From: an uncultured delta proteobacterium
GTDB taxonomy: Bacteria; Desulfobacterota; Binatia; UBA9968
DNA: 64,000 nt
Assembly: GCA_963755715.1 (NCBI GenBank)
Contig: CAVWLW010000074.1
Span: 64,001 to 128,000 of the forward strand
Reading direction: 5' to 3'
In this document: positions 52,534-62,799 of the stretch, in pieces
Layout of the letters: every line of letters starts with the position of its first letter
Position numbering within the stretch: position 1 is the first letter of the stretch
Notes under the pieces: model-generated
What the model was told of the DNA's origin: nothing
Database searches by the model: none
The model's input: the letters and a program-made list of their open reading frames with translations, nothing else
Position numbers and translations under genes: made by a program

Positions 52534-55131
52534 ATGGAAGAACGCTACCAACCCAAAGCGATCGAGGAAAAGTGGCAGCAACGCTGGGAGGCTCGCCGCG
52601 CATTCACCGCGAGCGAGGATGCGGCAAAGCCCAAGTACTACGTCCTGGAGATGTTTCCTTATCCATCCGGCCGTATTCACATGGGGCACGTGCGCAATTA
52701 CTCCATCGGCGACGTGGTCGCGCGCTACAAGCGCATGCGCGGTTTCAACACGCTCCATCCGATGGGCTGGGACGCCTTCGGCTTGCCGGCTGAAAATGCC
52801 GCCATCGAGCGCGGCGTGCATCCGGAAACGTGGACGCAGGAAAATATTCTCTACATGAAAACCCAGCTCAAACGCATGGGACTTTCCTACGATTGGGAGC
52901 GCGAGCTCGCCACTTGCGAGCCCGAATACTATCGCTGGAATCAATGGATCTTTCTCCAGTTTTTCAAAAAAGGGCTGGCTTATAAAAAGAGCTCCTTCGT
53001 CAACTGGTGTCCGTCGTGCGAGACGGTTTTGGCCAACGAGCAGGTCATCGACGGCCGATGTTGGCGTTGTGATTCGCTGGTCACGCAAAAAGAGCTCGAG
53101 CAATGGTTTTTTCGCATCACGGATTATGCGGAAGAATTGCTGAGCGATTTGGACACGCTGAGCGGCTGGCCCGACAAAGTGCTCACCATGCAGCGCAACT
53201 GGATCGGCAAGTCGGTGGGCGCCGAAATCGATTTTCCCTTGATCGGACATGAAGGGGCGCTGCGCATTTTCACGACGCGACCGGATACGATCTTTGGCGC
53301 GACGTTCGTTTCCCTCGCGATCGAACATCCATTGGCTTTCAAGCTCGCCGTCGGCACGGCGCAAGAAGCCGCGGTGAGAGCATTCATCGAGCGATTTAAG
53401 AATATCAGTCAGACCAACCGGGGCGCAGAGGAAGGAGAAAAGGAAGGCGTGTTCACCGGCGCCTACTGCCTAAATCCGTATACGGGTGAAAACATCCCGA
53501 TCTATCTCGCAAACTTTGTGCTCATGGAATACGGCACCGGCGCGGTCATGGCGGTGCCGGCGCACGATCAAAGAGACTTCGAATTCGCGAAAAAATATGA
53601 TCTGCCGATTCGCGTGGTGATTCAGCCGCGCGACCGCGAGATGCAGTCGACGCCTTTGACCGAAGCCTACGTCGATGAAGGAGTGATGGTCGATAGCGGC
53701 AGTTTTTCCGGCTTGGCGAATACGGTAGGCAAGGAAAAAGTCGCCGCTTACGCCGAGGAAAACGGATGGGGCAAGAAAGCGATTCGCTATCGTTTGCGCG
53801 ATTGGGGCGTGTCGCGCCAGCGTTACTGGGGCACGCCAATACCCATCATCTATTGCGATCGTTGCGGCACGGTGCCTGTGCCGGAGAGTCAATTGCCGGT
53901 GCTGCTCCCGAAAGACGTTCCATTTACCGGCAAGGGCGGTTCGCCGCTCGCCGAAAGCAAACTTTTTTCCGAAGTCGCTTGCCCTCAATGCGGCGGTCCG
54001 GCGCGCCGCGAAACCGACACCATGGACACTTTCGTGGATTCGTCGTGGTATTTTTTGCGTTACACGTCAGCCAGATTTACCGAGGGACCGTTTGACGCCG
54101 AAAAAGCACGCTATTGGATGGCGGTGGATCAGTATATCGGCGGCGTCGAGCACGCGGTTTTGCATCTTCTTTACGCGCGCTTTTTTACCAAGGCGCTGCG
54201 CGATTTGGGCCTGGTCAACGTCGACGAGCCGTTCAGTAACCTCTTGACCCAGGGAATGGTCTCAAAAGAGACTTACCGATGCATTGAGCATAACTGGCTT
54301 TTTCCGGGAGAACTCATCGGCTCGGAAAAAGAAGGCTGGAAGTGTCCCCATTGCGGCCGACCCGTGGAACGCGGCCGGGTGGAGAAAATGTCCAAGTCGA
54401 AGAAAAACATAGTCGACCCGGAGGAATTGATAAATCTTTACGGCGCCGATACCGCGCGTTTGTTTACGCTCTTTGCCGCGCCGCCGGAAAAGGATCTGGA
54501 GTGGAGCGATCAAGGCGTCGAGGGCGCTTATCGTTTTCTCTCCCGCTTGTGGAGATTCATTTATCAAAACCGGCAGTATTGGTTTACCAGCTCAGCCAAT
54601 GGCGACGATAGTCAAGTTTCAACGGAACTGCGCGATCTGCGGCGCGCGATCCACCGAACCATTAAGAAGGTCGGCGACGACATCGACGGACGGTTTCATT
54701 TCAATACGGCGATCGCCGCGATTATGGAACTGTTCAACGCTCTGAGCGCGGCGGCGCAGATGAGACCTGAGTCGAGCGCGGCAAGGCAGGTCGTTAAAGA
54801 AGGGACCGAGGCGATCATTGTGCTGCTGGCGCCGTTTGTCCCGCACGTCGCGAGCGAGCTGTGGGAAGAGTTGGGTCATGGCCAGCACTTGGATCAGGCT
54901 CCGTGGCCGAGTTACTCAGAAGCGGCATTGGCGGAAGAAGAATTGCTGATCGTCGTTCAGGTGAACGGCAAAGTGCGCGGCAAGATCACGGTGCCCGCCG
55001 ACGTGACTCAGGAATATATCGAAACCAATGCGCTGGCCGATCCCAAGGTCCTCGGTTTTCTGGACGGTAAAAATGTCCGGCGGGTGGTTTACGTGCCGCG
55101 CCGCTTGGTCAACATTGTCGTGGAGGGCTAA
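52534..55131 (+). CDS. leuS: Leucine--tRNA ligase
   Basis: [18 protein letters not shown], editing domain [15 protein letters not shown]. Confidence 0.99.
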   Translation: MEERYQPKAIEEKWQQRWEARRAFTASEDAAKPKYYVLEMFPYPSGRIHMGHVRNYSIGDVVARYKRMRGFNTLHPMGWDAFGLPAENAAIERGVHPETWTQENILYMKTQLKRMGLSYDWERELATCEPEYYRWNQWIFLQFFKKGLAYKKSSFVNWCPSCETVLANEQVIDGRCWRCDSLVTQKELEQWFFRITDYAEELLSDLDTLSGWPDKVLTMQRNWIGKSVGAEIDFPLIGHEGALRIFTTRPDTIFGATFVSLAIEHPLAFKLAVGTAQEAAVRAFIERFKNISQTNRGAEEGEKEGVFTGAYCLNPYTGENIPIYLANFVLMEYGTGAVMAVPAHDQRDFEFAKKYDLPIRVVIQPRDREMQSTPLTEAYVDEGVMVDSGSFSGLANTVGKEKVAAYAEENGWGKKAIRYRLRDWGVSRQRYWGTPIPIIYCDRCGTVPVPESQLPVLLPKDVPFTGKGGSPLAESKLFSEVACPQCGGPARRETDTMDTFVDSSWYFLRYTSARFTEGPFDAEKARYWMAVDQYIGGVEHAVLHLLYARFFTKALRDLGLVNVDEPFSNLLTQGMVSKETYRCIEHNWLFPGELIGSEKEGWKCPHCGRPVERGRVEKMSKSKKNIVDPEELINLYGADTARLFTLFAAPPEKDLEWSDQGVEGAYRFLSRLWRFIYQNRQYWFTSSANGDDSQVSTELRDLRRAIHRTIKKVGDDIDGRFHFNTAIAAIMELFNALSAAAQMRPESSAARQVVKEGTEAIIVLLAPFVPHVASELWEELGHGQHLDQAPWPSYSEAALAEEELLIVVQVNGKVRGKITVPADVTQEYIETNALADPKVLGFLDGKNVRRVVYVPRRLVNIVVEG

Positions 55132-55746
55132 ATGATGCGATCCTATTTTTGGCTGTCGCGCTTCGCGGTGTGGTTATTTGCGATGATGACTGTGGCGCCG
55201 CTTGGCGGCTGTGGCTATCAATTTGTCGGCGAGAGCTCTCTATTGCCCAAAGAGGCCCGGACGATCTACGTCGAGCCGTTCGTCAATCGCAGCCGCGATG
55301 TCGGCTTAGACAAGGAGCTGACGACGGCGTTGAGAGGAGAGTTTTATCGTCGTGGTCAACTTAAGATCGTCGATAGCGCCGAGCAAGCGGATGTTATTCT
55401 CAGCGGGGTGATTCGGTCTTTCGCGGACAGCACCGCCTCGGTAAACCGCGACGATGAAGTGCTGCAATACGAGTCCCTGCTCATTATGGATGTCACCTTG
55501 CGGCGTCGCGAGCCCAATGAAATTTTGTGGCGCGGCCAGGGAGTGCGGCTCAATCAAGTGTACGCCGGTTCAAGAGCAGCGGTGGTGACGACTTCCTCGG
55601 CATTTCGCACCGGCACGTTCAACTCAACGGATGTAAGCCAACTGACGGACATTCAGCAGACCGAAGTAGACCGTAGAGCGACCAGAGACCGACTGATGGA
55701 GCAATTCGCCAGGGAACTGCACCAGCGCGTCACCGAAATGTTCTAG
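55132..55746 (+). CDS. lptE: LPS assembly lipoprotein LptE
   Basis: Lipobox LGGCGY, directly after leuS (conserved synteny). Confidence 0.8.
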   Translation: MMRSYFWLSRFAVWLFAMMTVAPLGGCGYQFVGESSLLPKEARTIYVEPFVNRSRDVGLDKELTTALRGEFYRRGQLKIVDSAEQADVILSGVIRSFADSTASVNRDDEVLQYESLLIMDVTLRRREPNEILWRGQGVRLNQVYAGSRAAVVTTSSAFRTGTFNSTDVSQLTDIQQTEVDRRATRDRLMEQFARELHQRVTEMF

Positions 55747-55807
55747 CTGGAAGTGGCTTTCTTCAGGAACCGGCTTGTCGATCAAGTCCTGGGGAAGAGG
55801 ATTTGCT

Positions 55808-56080
55808 TTAGCTGGACGCGCCAAGGCGAAATTCAGCACGGGAGAGTCGAGACAACCAGCGTGATGCGGTATTACTCTTGATAATCCCTTTGCTAACGGC
55901 TTTGCCCAGGGCTTTGTTGACGGCGCGAATTTGCGTCTGAGCCTCGTCGCGATTTTTCGCTTCGACCGACTGCCGCGCTTTTTTGATCAGGGTTCTTAGT
56001 TTCGACTTAATATCGATGTTGCGCGCCCGCTTATTGAGGCTCTGATGATGTCTCTTGATCGCTGACTTGTGAATGGCCAA
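55808..56080 (-). CDS. rpsT: 30S ribosomal protein S20
   Basis: HKSAIKRH, KGIIKSNTASRWLSRL; GGAGG RBS. Confidence 0.95.
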   Translation of the reverse strand: MAIHKSAIKRHHQSLNKRARNIDIKSKLRTLIKKARQSVEAKNRDEAQTQIRAVNKALGKAVSKGIIKSNTASRWLSRLSRAEFRLGASS

Positions 56081-56882
56081 TGCGTACCTCCGTAAAAATA
56101 ACTAGTGAATCTCTACCATCGTCCTGGTACGGAGTCAACGCGACTTTTGGCTCGTTTTTTCAGTTCCGCTCCACTCAAGAAAGGATTTTATTCAAACGCA
56201 CCCATTGCTTCGCTGATGCCTTCGGCGACCGGAAGAAGAAAGGGTGAGCGACAACGCCCAGGGGGACCGTTGAGCAGGATGACCCGCGGCGCGGCCCCAA
56301 ACGGCGTCGAAAAATTTCGGATTCAACAGTGAACGCCGGTTTACTGCAATTTTACCGATAATTTGCAAGTTAACGAAATTTCAACATTTGTTTGGCTTGG
56401 AAATTAGGCAATTCGCTAGGATCCGCGAGTTTTAGCCTTGCGCGCCGTGGCCCTCATCGGTTATCAACAAGTTATGCACATTTGATGTGGTCTAACCTAG
56501 AAGCTCTTCATCGGCGCCATCAGCGCGTCAAAAACATTTGTGAATTCTTCGCCGTGTGTGCGGCCCTCAAAAGAAATATTTTGCCGATTTTTAGGCCGCG
56601 AACTTTGAAAAATGAGGAGCACTTTGATCAGAAAAAATGAAAAAGAAATCGCCCGCCTGCCGCAAACTGGAAAATTATCTGATAGTCGGTGCGATTGAGA
56701 AAAAACGAAATCGCTAGCGCGTAGCCATACCCACTCGGTGCACAGCCGGCCGATAAAAATCGCGCGTTACGAATCCCGGCAAATCATTAAACATGCTTGA
56801 ATCTTCAATCGACATATGCGATAAAAAATCCTTAACGGACGATGCTTTGTATACGTGTGACGGGAAAGGAGGTGAACTAAGG

Positions 56883-57119
56883 ATGGGAAAGAAACTCGTG
56901 TCATTGTCGGCAATCACCCTCTTCGCTTTTACTCTAACGTTTGTGGGCTGCGGTAAGAAGGAGGAACCAGCTCCGCCTCCACCTCCGCCAGCTCCAGCAG
57001 CGCCACCAGAACCAGCGGCGCCGCCAGCGGGTGATCAGAAAGCGGCTGAACCGATGAAGGATGCAGCACCGGCTCCTGATAAGGCGCCAGAGAAAAAAGA
57101 CGAGGCGAAAACCAAGTAA
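56883..57119 (+). CDS. Small Pro/Ala-rich disordered lipoprotein
   Basis: MGKKLVSL...FVGCGKKEEPAPPPPPP; AGGAGGTG RBS; followed by a terminator. Confidence 0.75.
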   Translation: MGKKLVSLSAITLFAFTLTFVGCGKKEEPAPPPPPPAPAAPPEPAAPPAGDQKAAEPMKDAAPAPDKAPEKKDEAKTK

Positions 57120-57153
57120 GGTTCGCAAACCTTATTGCGGTTTGAAGCAACCG

Positions 57154-57188
57154 AAAAGGGGAAGGGTTTTTGACCTTCCCCTTTTTTT
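57154..57188 (+). terminator. Rho-independent (bidirectional) terminator
   Basis: AAAAGGGGAAGG-gtttttga-CCTTCCCCTTTTTTT. Confidence 0.8.
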
Positions 57189-57214
57189 GCAATTTCGGGT
57201 TACGGTAGTGGACT

Positions 57215-57943
57215 GTGGCGAGCGCTGCTCAAATGACTCTGACGGAGCATCTGGAGGACCTCCGTTGGTGTTTACTCAAATCGGTCTTAGCCATCATTCT
57301 TGCCTCGACGATCGGCTATTTATTTTCCGATTCGGTATTTAGTTTTATTGTCGCGCCGCTGCGGCAAAGCCTGCAGCCCGGTCAAAATCTGATCGGCACC
57401 AGCGTTACCGAAGCGTTTTTCGTCGAAATCAAAGTCGCGCTCGCCGCCGGCGTTCTCTTCGCGTGCCCGGTCATCTTTTATCAGATTTGGCGTTTTATCG
57501 CCCCCGGGTTATCGAAGAGAGAAAAGAAATGGGTCGTCCCTTTTGTCCTGTGCGCCACGCTGTTTTTTGTCGGCGGATCGTTGTTCTGCTATCGCTTCGT
57601 TTTGCCGGTAGCGTTTAAGTATTTTATCGAACAGTACGAAACTATGGGCGTGAGCCCGGCGATACGGATCGGGGATTATTTCACGTTTTTCTTTCGCATG
57701 GTGTTGGCGTTTGGCGTGACTTTCGAATTGCCGGTCTTTACTTTTTTTTTAGTGCGGGTCGGCGTGTGGGACTACCGTTTCATGCTGCGGTCGTTCCGCT
57801 ACGCCTTGGTGGCGATTTTTATCATCGCCGCAATCTTGACGCCGACTCCGGATGTGATTAATCAATGTCTTTTGGCCGGGCCGATGCTGCTTCTGTATAT
57901 TCTGAGCATCGGGGTGGCCTATGTGTGGCGCAAGAAAGAATGA
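57215..57943 (+). CDS. tatC: Twin-arginine translocase subunit TatC
   Basis: MTLTEHLEDLR, YQIWRFIAPGL, FELPV, AAILTPTPD. Confidence 0.96.
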   Translation: MASAAQMTLTEHLEDLRWCLLKSVLAIILASTIGYLFSDSVFSFIVAPLRQSLQPGQNLIGTSVTEAFFVEIKVALAAGVLFACPVIFYQIWRFIAPGLSKREKKWVVPFVLCATLFFVGGSLFCYRFVLPVAFKYFIEQYETMGVSPAIRIGDYFTFFFRMVLAFGVTFELPVFTFFLVRVGVWDYRFMLRSFRYALVAIFIIAAILTPTPDVINQCLLAGPMLLLYILSIGVAYVWRKKE

Positions 57944-57976
57944 ATTTACGACCTGAATCAGGGATGAGGAGGAGTA

Positions 57977-60106
57977 ATGATCTCGTTTGTTATCGCGATT
58001 AGCTGCTTGTCGTTGGCCTTTGCAGTCTATTTGGCCCGCTGGGTGCTTCAGCGGGACATGGGAACGCAAAAGATGCAGGAGATTTCCAACGCGATCAAAG
58101 AGGGCGCCGAAGCGTTCATGTCGCGGCAGAACCGAACGATCATCAGTTTGTCGGTAGCGTTGGCCGTGCTGATCTTTCTCCTCTATGCCTTTGTGCGCAC
58201 GCCGAGCCCAGCCGATCCGGTGCCGCCGGTGGCGATGGCTTTCTGGACCACACTATCGTTTGTCCTGGGCGCTGCCTGTTCCGTGATTGCCGGCTATGTC
58301 GGTATGTGGGTATCCATTCGCTCTAATATCAGGACTGCATCCGCGGTTCGTTCCAGTCTCAATGAGGGCCTTCGGATCGCGATGCGCGGCGGTGCGGTGT
58401 CCGGTTTGTTCGTCGTCGCCATGAGTCTATTGGGAGTCGGCGGCCTCTACGCTTTGCTTGAGTCCCTGGGCCACGATCCGCAAAAGATCCCTTTCACCAT
58501 CGTCGGTTATGGGTTCGGTGCTTCGTTTGTCGCGCTGTTCGCCCAGCTCGGTGGCGGTATTTACACAAAAGCCGCTGACGTGGGCGCCGATCTCGTCGGC
58601 AAAGTTGAGGCCGGCATCCCGGAGGACGATCCGCGTAATCCCGCGGTGATCGCCGACCTGGTCGGCGACAACGTCGGTGACTGCGCCGGCCGCGGCGCCG
58701 ATCTGTTTGAATCCACCGCCGCGGAAAACATCGGCGCGATGATTCTCGGCGTCGGACTCTATCCTTACTTCGGAATCAAAGGGATCGTTTTTCCCTTGGT
58801 CGCCAGGGCCCTGGGGCTGATCGCATCGATCGTCGGTATTATGATCGTCAAGACTGAGGAAAAGGGCGATGCCATGGCGGCTCTCAATCGCGGCTATTAT
58901 GTGACGAGCATTCTCGCGGTTGCCGGGTTTTTCATGACTGCCAAATTGCTGCTCGCGGTCGATGTGACCAAGCATCCTGAAGCTGAGTCCGCGTGGATCT
59001 ATTTCTTCCTCTGTGGCGTCGTCGGCATCCTGATGGCCCAGGCGTTCGTTTACATCACTCAGTATTACACTGAGTATAAATACCGGCCGGTCAGAGAAAT
59101 CGCCGAAGCGTCTAAGACCGGCCCGGCCACTAACATTATTGCCGGCATCGCCGTCGGTCTCGAATGCACGGCGATTCCGGTCTTGGTGATTTCGGTGGCC
59201 ATCATCACCTCGTACTATCTTGGCCTGGCGAGCGGTGTGAAGAATGCCGGCCTGTTCGGCACGGCTGTGGCCACCATGGGTATGTTGGGCACCGCGGCTT
59301 ACATCTTAGCTATGGATACTTTCGGTCCGATCACCGACAACGCCGGCGGTATCGTCGAGATGAGCGGCCAGCCGGAAGAGGTTCGTCAAAAAACCGATCG
59401 TCTCGATGCCGTCGGCAACACCACCAAAGCTCTGACCAAAGGCTACGCCATTGGTTCAGCGGCGCTGGCGGCGTTCTTATTGTTTTCGGCGTACCTCGAC
59501 GAAGTCGCTCACTACGGCCATCCGTTGGAAGTTGTCAACATCGCTAAGCCGGAGGTGTTTGTCGGCGGGTTGCTTGGCGCGATGCTGGTTTTTCTATTCT
59601 CGTCTTTCGCGATTCGCGCCGTCGGTAAAGCCGCTTACTATGTTATCAACGAAGTGCGCCGGCAGTTCAGAGAAAATCCCGGCATTCTCCAAGGTACAGT
59701 GAAACCGGATTACCGCCGCTGCGTCGATATCGTCACTGTCGGCGCGCTCAAGCAGATGATCGTTCCCGGCCTTCTCGCAGTCACCATGCCGGTCGCCGTC
59801 GGTCTCGTTTTCCGTATGTTCGGCATCGGTGCGGAAGCGGTGGCGGCATTCTTGATGGTCGGCACGATCGCTGGCATCTTGATGGCAACGTTCTTCAATA
59901 ACAGCGGTGGCGCTTGGGACAACGCCAAGAAGTTCATCGAGAGCGGGCAGTACGAAGGCGGCGGCAAAGGTTCCGATCCGCACAAGGCCGCAGTCGTGGG
60001 CGATACCTTGGGCGATCCGTTCAAAGACACCGCCGGCCCGAGCTTGCATGTCTTGATCAAGCTGTTGGCGACGATCACGCTGGTCTTGGCGCCGTTGTTC
60101 GTTTGA
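57977..60106 (+). CDS. hppA: Membrane-bound ion-translocating pyrophosphatase (K+-independent signature)
   Basis: GGGIYTKAADVGADLVGK, EDDPRNP, DNVGD, GNTTKA, GGAWDNAKK, GDPFKDT. Confidence 0.97.
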   Translation: MISFVIAISCLSLAFAVYLARWVLQRDMGTQKMQEISNAIKEGAEAFMSRQNRTIISLSVALAVLIFLLYAFVRTPSPADPVPPVAMAFWTTLSFVLGAACSVIAGYVGMWVSIRSNIRTASAVRSSLNEGLRIAMRGGAVSGLFVVAMSLLGVGGLYALLESLGHDPQKIPFTIVGYGFGASFVALFAQLGGGIYTKAADVGADLVGKVEAGIPEDDPRNPAVIADLVGDNVGDCAGRGADLFESTAAENIGAMILGVGLYPYFGIKGIVFPLVARALGLIASIVGIMIVKTEEKGDAMAALNRGYYVTSILAVAGFFMTAKLLLAVDVTKHPEAESAWIYFFLCGVVGILMAQAFVYITQYYTEYKYRPVREIAEASKTGPATNIIAGIAVGLECTAIPVLVISVAIITSYYLGLASGVKNAGLFGTAVATMGMLGTAAYILAMDTFGPITDNAGGIVEMSGQPEEVRQKTDRLDAVGNTTKALTKGYAIGSAALAAFLLFSAYLDEVAHYGHPLEVVNIAKPEVFVGGLLGAMLVFLFSSFAIRAVGKAAYYVINEVRRQFRENPGILQGTVKPDYRRCVDIVTVGALKQMIVPGLLAVTMPVAVGLVFRMFGIGAEAVAAFLMVGTIAGILMATFFNNSGGAWDNAKKFIESGQYEGGGKGSDPHKAAVVGDTLGDPFKDTAGPSLHVLIKLLATITLVLAPLFV

Positions 60107-60124
60107 TTGCGATTCGCCGACTGC

Positions 60125-60151
60125 GAGGGCCTCTCCACCCGGAGGGGCCTT
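60125..60151 (+). terminator. Stem-loop after hppA
   Basis: GAGGGCCTCTCC-accc-GGAGGGGCCTT. Confidence 0.55.
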
Positions 60152-60206
60152 CACATTTTCCGGCATAAAAGTTTGTGCTAAAAATTAGTCTGCTACTCCG
60201 TTCCTC

Positions 60207-60254
60207 GCCCGGATGGTGGAATAGGTAGACGCAAGGAACGTAAAAATCCGGGCA
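60207..60254 (+). pseudogene. Truncated tRNA-Leu copy (acceptor and D arm kept, variable and T arms missing); likely attL
   Basis: GCCCGGAT...ATCCGGGC-A closes an acceptor stem; anticodon arm degenerate. Confidence 0.75.
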
Positions 60255-60280
60255 GTGCGAAAAATCGAATACTGCATGGG

Positions 60281-60315
60281 AAACGGGGAGTTAAGCCAAC
60301 TCCCCGTTTTTATTT
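60281..60315 (+). terminator. Rho-independent terminator after the tRNA fragment
   Basis: AAACGGGGAGTT-aagcc-AACTCCCCGTTTTTATTT. Confidence 0.8.
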
Positions 60316-60485
60316 AATCTTTCCATACTATCTCGGATTGTGCTAAACGTTCAGATTGTCCACATCGGGCGCATTCTTCACCGAATTTGTTTACAGGGTG
60401 TTTACATAGATGGCGGCAACCGAGTTTGCTCCATCTATTCAGGTTTTTATTTACCCGGCGAAACTAACCTTCGCGCGATGGCAAA

Positions 60486-60659
60486 ATGCCTGACAACAAA
60501 CCCAACGAAATAAGCCTTGCGTTACTGAACGAGCGCATGGATCAGTTGACGCGCAAGATCGGGATATTGGATCACGACGATCCGCGCCGCGCGAAGATCT
60601 TCAAAGAGATGCTACGGCTCAATGATTTGGCGAGGGAGATGAAAAAAGATGGCAAATAA
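60486..60659 (+). CDS. Small hypothetical protein (~57 aa)
   Basis: Manual translation MPDNKPNEISLALLNERMDQLTRKIG...; helical; below the ORF-track cutoff. Confidence 0.4.
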   Translation: MPDNKPNEISLALLNERMDQLTRKIGILDHDDPRRAKIFKEMLRLNDLAREMKKDGK

Positions 60660-60750
60660 CGAAATCGAAGCGGCGACCCCTTCCCCTGCCTGAAACACCG
60701 CCGTTTTATCAGCGCTCAGAGGAGCTGAAGCAGCTCATGTGTCGGCCTCT

Positions 60751-60984
60751 TCATGTGAAGACGCACTCACTTTCAAATCGATGAAATTCCTTCTCTGGCA
60801 CACCAAACTTTCGTAGGACCAATCGCAATTTCTTGCTCCAACGTTCGGCAGTTTCGTGTTGGGCTTTGTGGCTCACGATCAAACAAATATAAGCGCAGAC
60901 AGTCTTGGAGTGGCCATTGACAAGCCGTTTAGGAAAGTGCTCGGCCCAGCTCCGCTCTATATCCGTTTCCTCGATCGGGTTCAT
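60751..60984 (-). CDS. Hypothetical protein
   Basis: 77-aa ORF downstream of and co-oriented with 61025-61246. Confidence 0.4.
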   Translation of the reverse strand: MNPIEETDIERSWAEHFPKRLVNGHSKTVCAYICLIVSHKAQHETAERWSKKLRLVLRKFGVPEKEFHRFESECVFT

Positions 60985-61024
60985 TGCTAGTCTAATTATT
61001 CCAGAGCGTGACTATAGGCAAAGC

Positions 61025-61246
61025 TTAGAAACAAGAGCCGTAACGTTCTACGTATTTAGGATCAGCGAACATACACGAATCACACACGTACTGTTCGTTC
61101 TCGCGCCGGTACTCTTCCCACTTTGTCATGTCATAAAAGCCAGCGGTAAACTGTTCACCTCGAATCCCCTCAACGATTTGTTTGCAGCGGTCACAGAGAA
61201 CTTTAATTGTTTTGATTCGAGAGTGCGAAGAGGCTTTAACTGACAT
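61025..61246 (-). CDS. Small CxxC...CxxC (zinc-finger-like) protein
   Basis: CDRC and CDSC motifs; GAAGGAG RBS. Confidence 0.6.
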   Translation of the reverse strand: MSVKASSHSRIKTIKVLCDRCKQIVEGIRGEQFTAGFYDMTKWEEYRRENEQYVCDSCMFADPKYVERYGSCF

Positions 61247-61622
61247 GCACTGTCTCCTTCCTTCCCGCTACCGTAAAGCAGGCCGGGGTCTCGCTACCTG
61301 GACGTGGAGAAACACGGCTTGGCCTGCGACCGCCCGCCTTCAATGTGCGATTATCCGTGCCCCGGCCCGGTTCTTTTTATGGTTGCCTTGTATTGCAGAA
61401 CCCGGAGCGACAACCAAGCGAGTTCTGCCGGATCATCGGTCCATGAAATCCGCTCGCTTTTGTTATTGACTACGACCCAGGCGCACAGTTTGTTGACATA
61501 CGCCAATACTGGCCGGTCGTTTAACCAGCGGTCCATTCCGCGTTCTCCTTGGATGTTAAGCCCGTTGTAAAGTGGAACGCGAAAAAAGAAAGAAAGCCGA
61601 TTGCCGGTTGAACGCTAATCGA

Positions 61623-62306
61623 TTAATTGTCTAGCCGCTGACGTTTTCTTAGAAACGGAAGACCGCCGAAGCCCACCGCGAATAAAAGAAGCGAAGCAGG
61701 CTCCGGAACTGCCGCAGTTGGCGATCCTGAAGGTGTAAAGCTCAGGTTCGCGATCTGGCCGGTTACAGTTCTCGTATCACCAAACTGAGATGCTGCAGTA
61801 TAGGACGCTGGATCATTAACCGAGATATCGAATGCGCCGGTACCGAGCGCATTGGAATAAGACAGATGCTGAGCGGCGTTGGCGAAGTCGATCGTTAGCA
61901 GACTACCGCTGCCAATGTTATTTGAATTGCCACTGCGCAAAATCGTCCCGAAGATATCAGCTGTAAAAAGCGCCGGGCTTCCGGACACGACCGGATCGGT
62001 AAATGTAATTCTCAAAGTGAAGTCAGTAATGCCGTCTTGACTCCCGAACGGCTCTTCGCAGCCTCTGCTTCCGCATACATTGAGGGTAAAAGTTCCGAGA
62101 TTTGTCAGGCTCGTCGGACCAGGACCGATCGGCACGTCGATATTTACAAAGCTGGCGCCTGTGTAGGTTAGGAAGGTGTCGATAGTTGTCGGCGAACTCG
62201 TATTAGTGTTTCCCGTGAACAAAATCGCTTGCGCTGTTCCGATAATGCCCAGCGCTCCAGCAAGTAGAGTCGCTAAAAAAACAAAACTCAGCATGTTTCT
62301 CTTCAT
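61623..62306 (-). CDS. PEP-CTERM sorting domain-containing exported protein
   Basis: Signal peptide ending AQA, Thr/Ser/Gly-rich beta domain, C-terminal VPEPASLLLFAVGFGGLPFLRKR. Confidence 0.9.
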   Translation of the reverse strand: MKRNMLSFVFLATLLAGALGIIGTAQAILFTGNTNTSSPTTIDTFLTYTGASFVNIDVPIGPGPTSLTNLGTFTLNVCGSRGCEEPFGSQDGITDFTLRITFTDPVVSGSPALFTADIFGTILRSGNSNNIGSGSLLTIDFANAAQHLSYSNALGTGAFDISVNDPASYTAASQFGDTRTVTGQIANLSFTPSGSPTAAVPEPASLLLFAVGFGGLPFLRKRQRLDN

Positions 62307-62351
62307 TTCTTTGCCCCGCTCGGAGAACTTCAAGATGATTTACCTCGGTAG

Positions 62352-62436
62352 AGCAATTGTTAGACCGTTTTCAGATCTGATTGACTTTGTTGCATTTGAT
62401 CATGCGAAATGGGCTTTAGTTGTAAACAAGATTTAC
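62352..62436 (-). promoter_or_regulatory. Sigma54 promoter plus TGTAAA-N5-TTTAC enhancer-like site for the PEP-CTERM gene
   Basis: Minus strand GG-tctaacaatt-GCT at 62366-62352; TGTAAAcaagaTTTAC at 62421-62436. Confidence 0.55.
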
Positions 62437-62487
62437 GGGATTCGAAGCGGGGTTAGTGCCCTCCGAATATTTCGATCTTTTTCAGTG

Positions 62488-62771
62488 TCAATATTGTCGG
62501 AATCTGTGACACCGCGGCGGCAGATTGACGTCGGTAGGATTATGCGTCTTTGGAAAGACGAGCGGCTGGCCCAATGCCCATTCGGTAGATCCCTTCTTTG
62601 TTTTTTTGCCATTGGACATGCCATCCGGTTGGTAGTGTCGCTGCATTGCGGCACGAAGCAATTTCAATGCGAAAGGCTTGTGCATTATTGCTCGATCGAC
62701 AAGCGATCCGTAGGAAAGGCGGTAGTTACGATCACGGGTATGTTGCGCGTCGACGGATCCGCTTTGAGCCG
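62488..62771 (-). pseudogene. Response-regulator receiver domain remnant
   Basis: RLKADPSTRNIPVIVTTAF, then in another frame MHKPFALKLLRAAMQRH (KPF motif); N-terminal half missing. Confidence 0.6.
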
Positions 62772-62799
62772 CCCTCGTGCTACTAGCTTTCTGTCTCGT

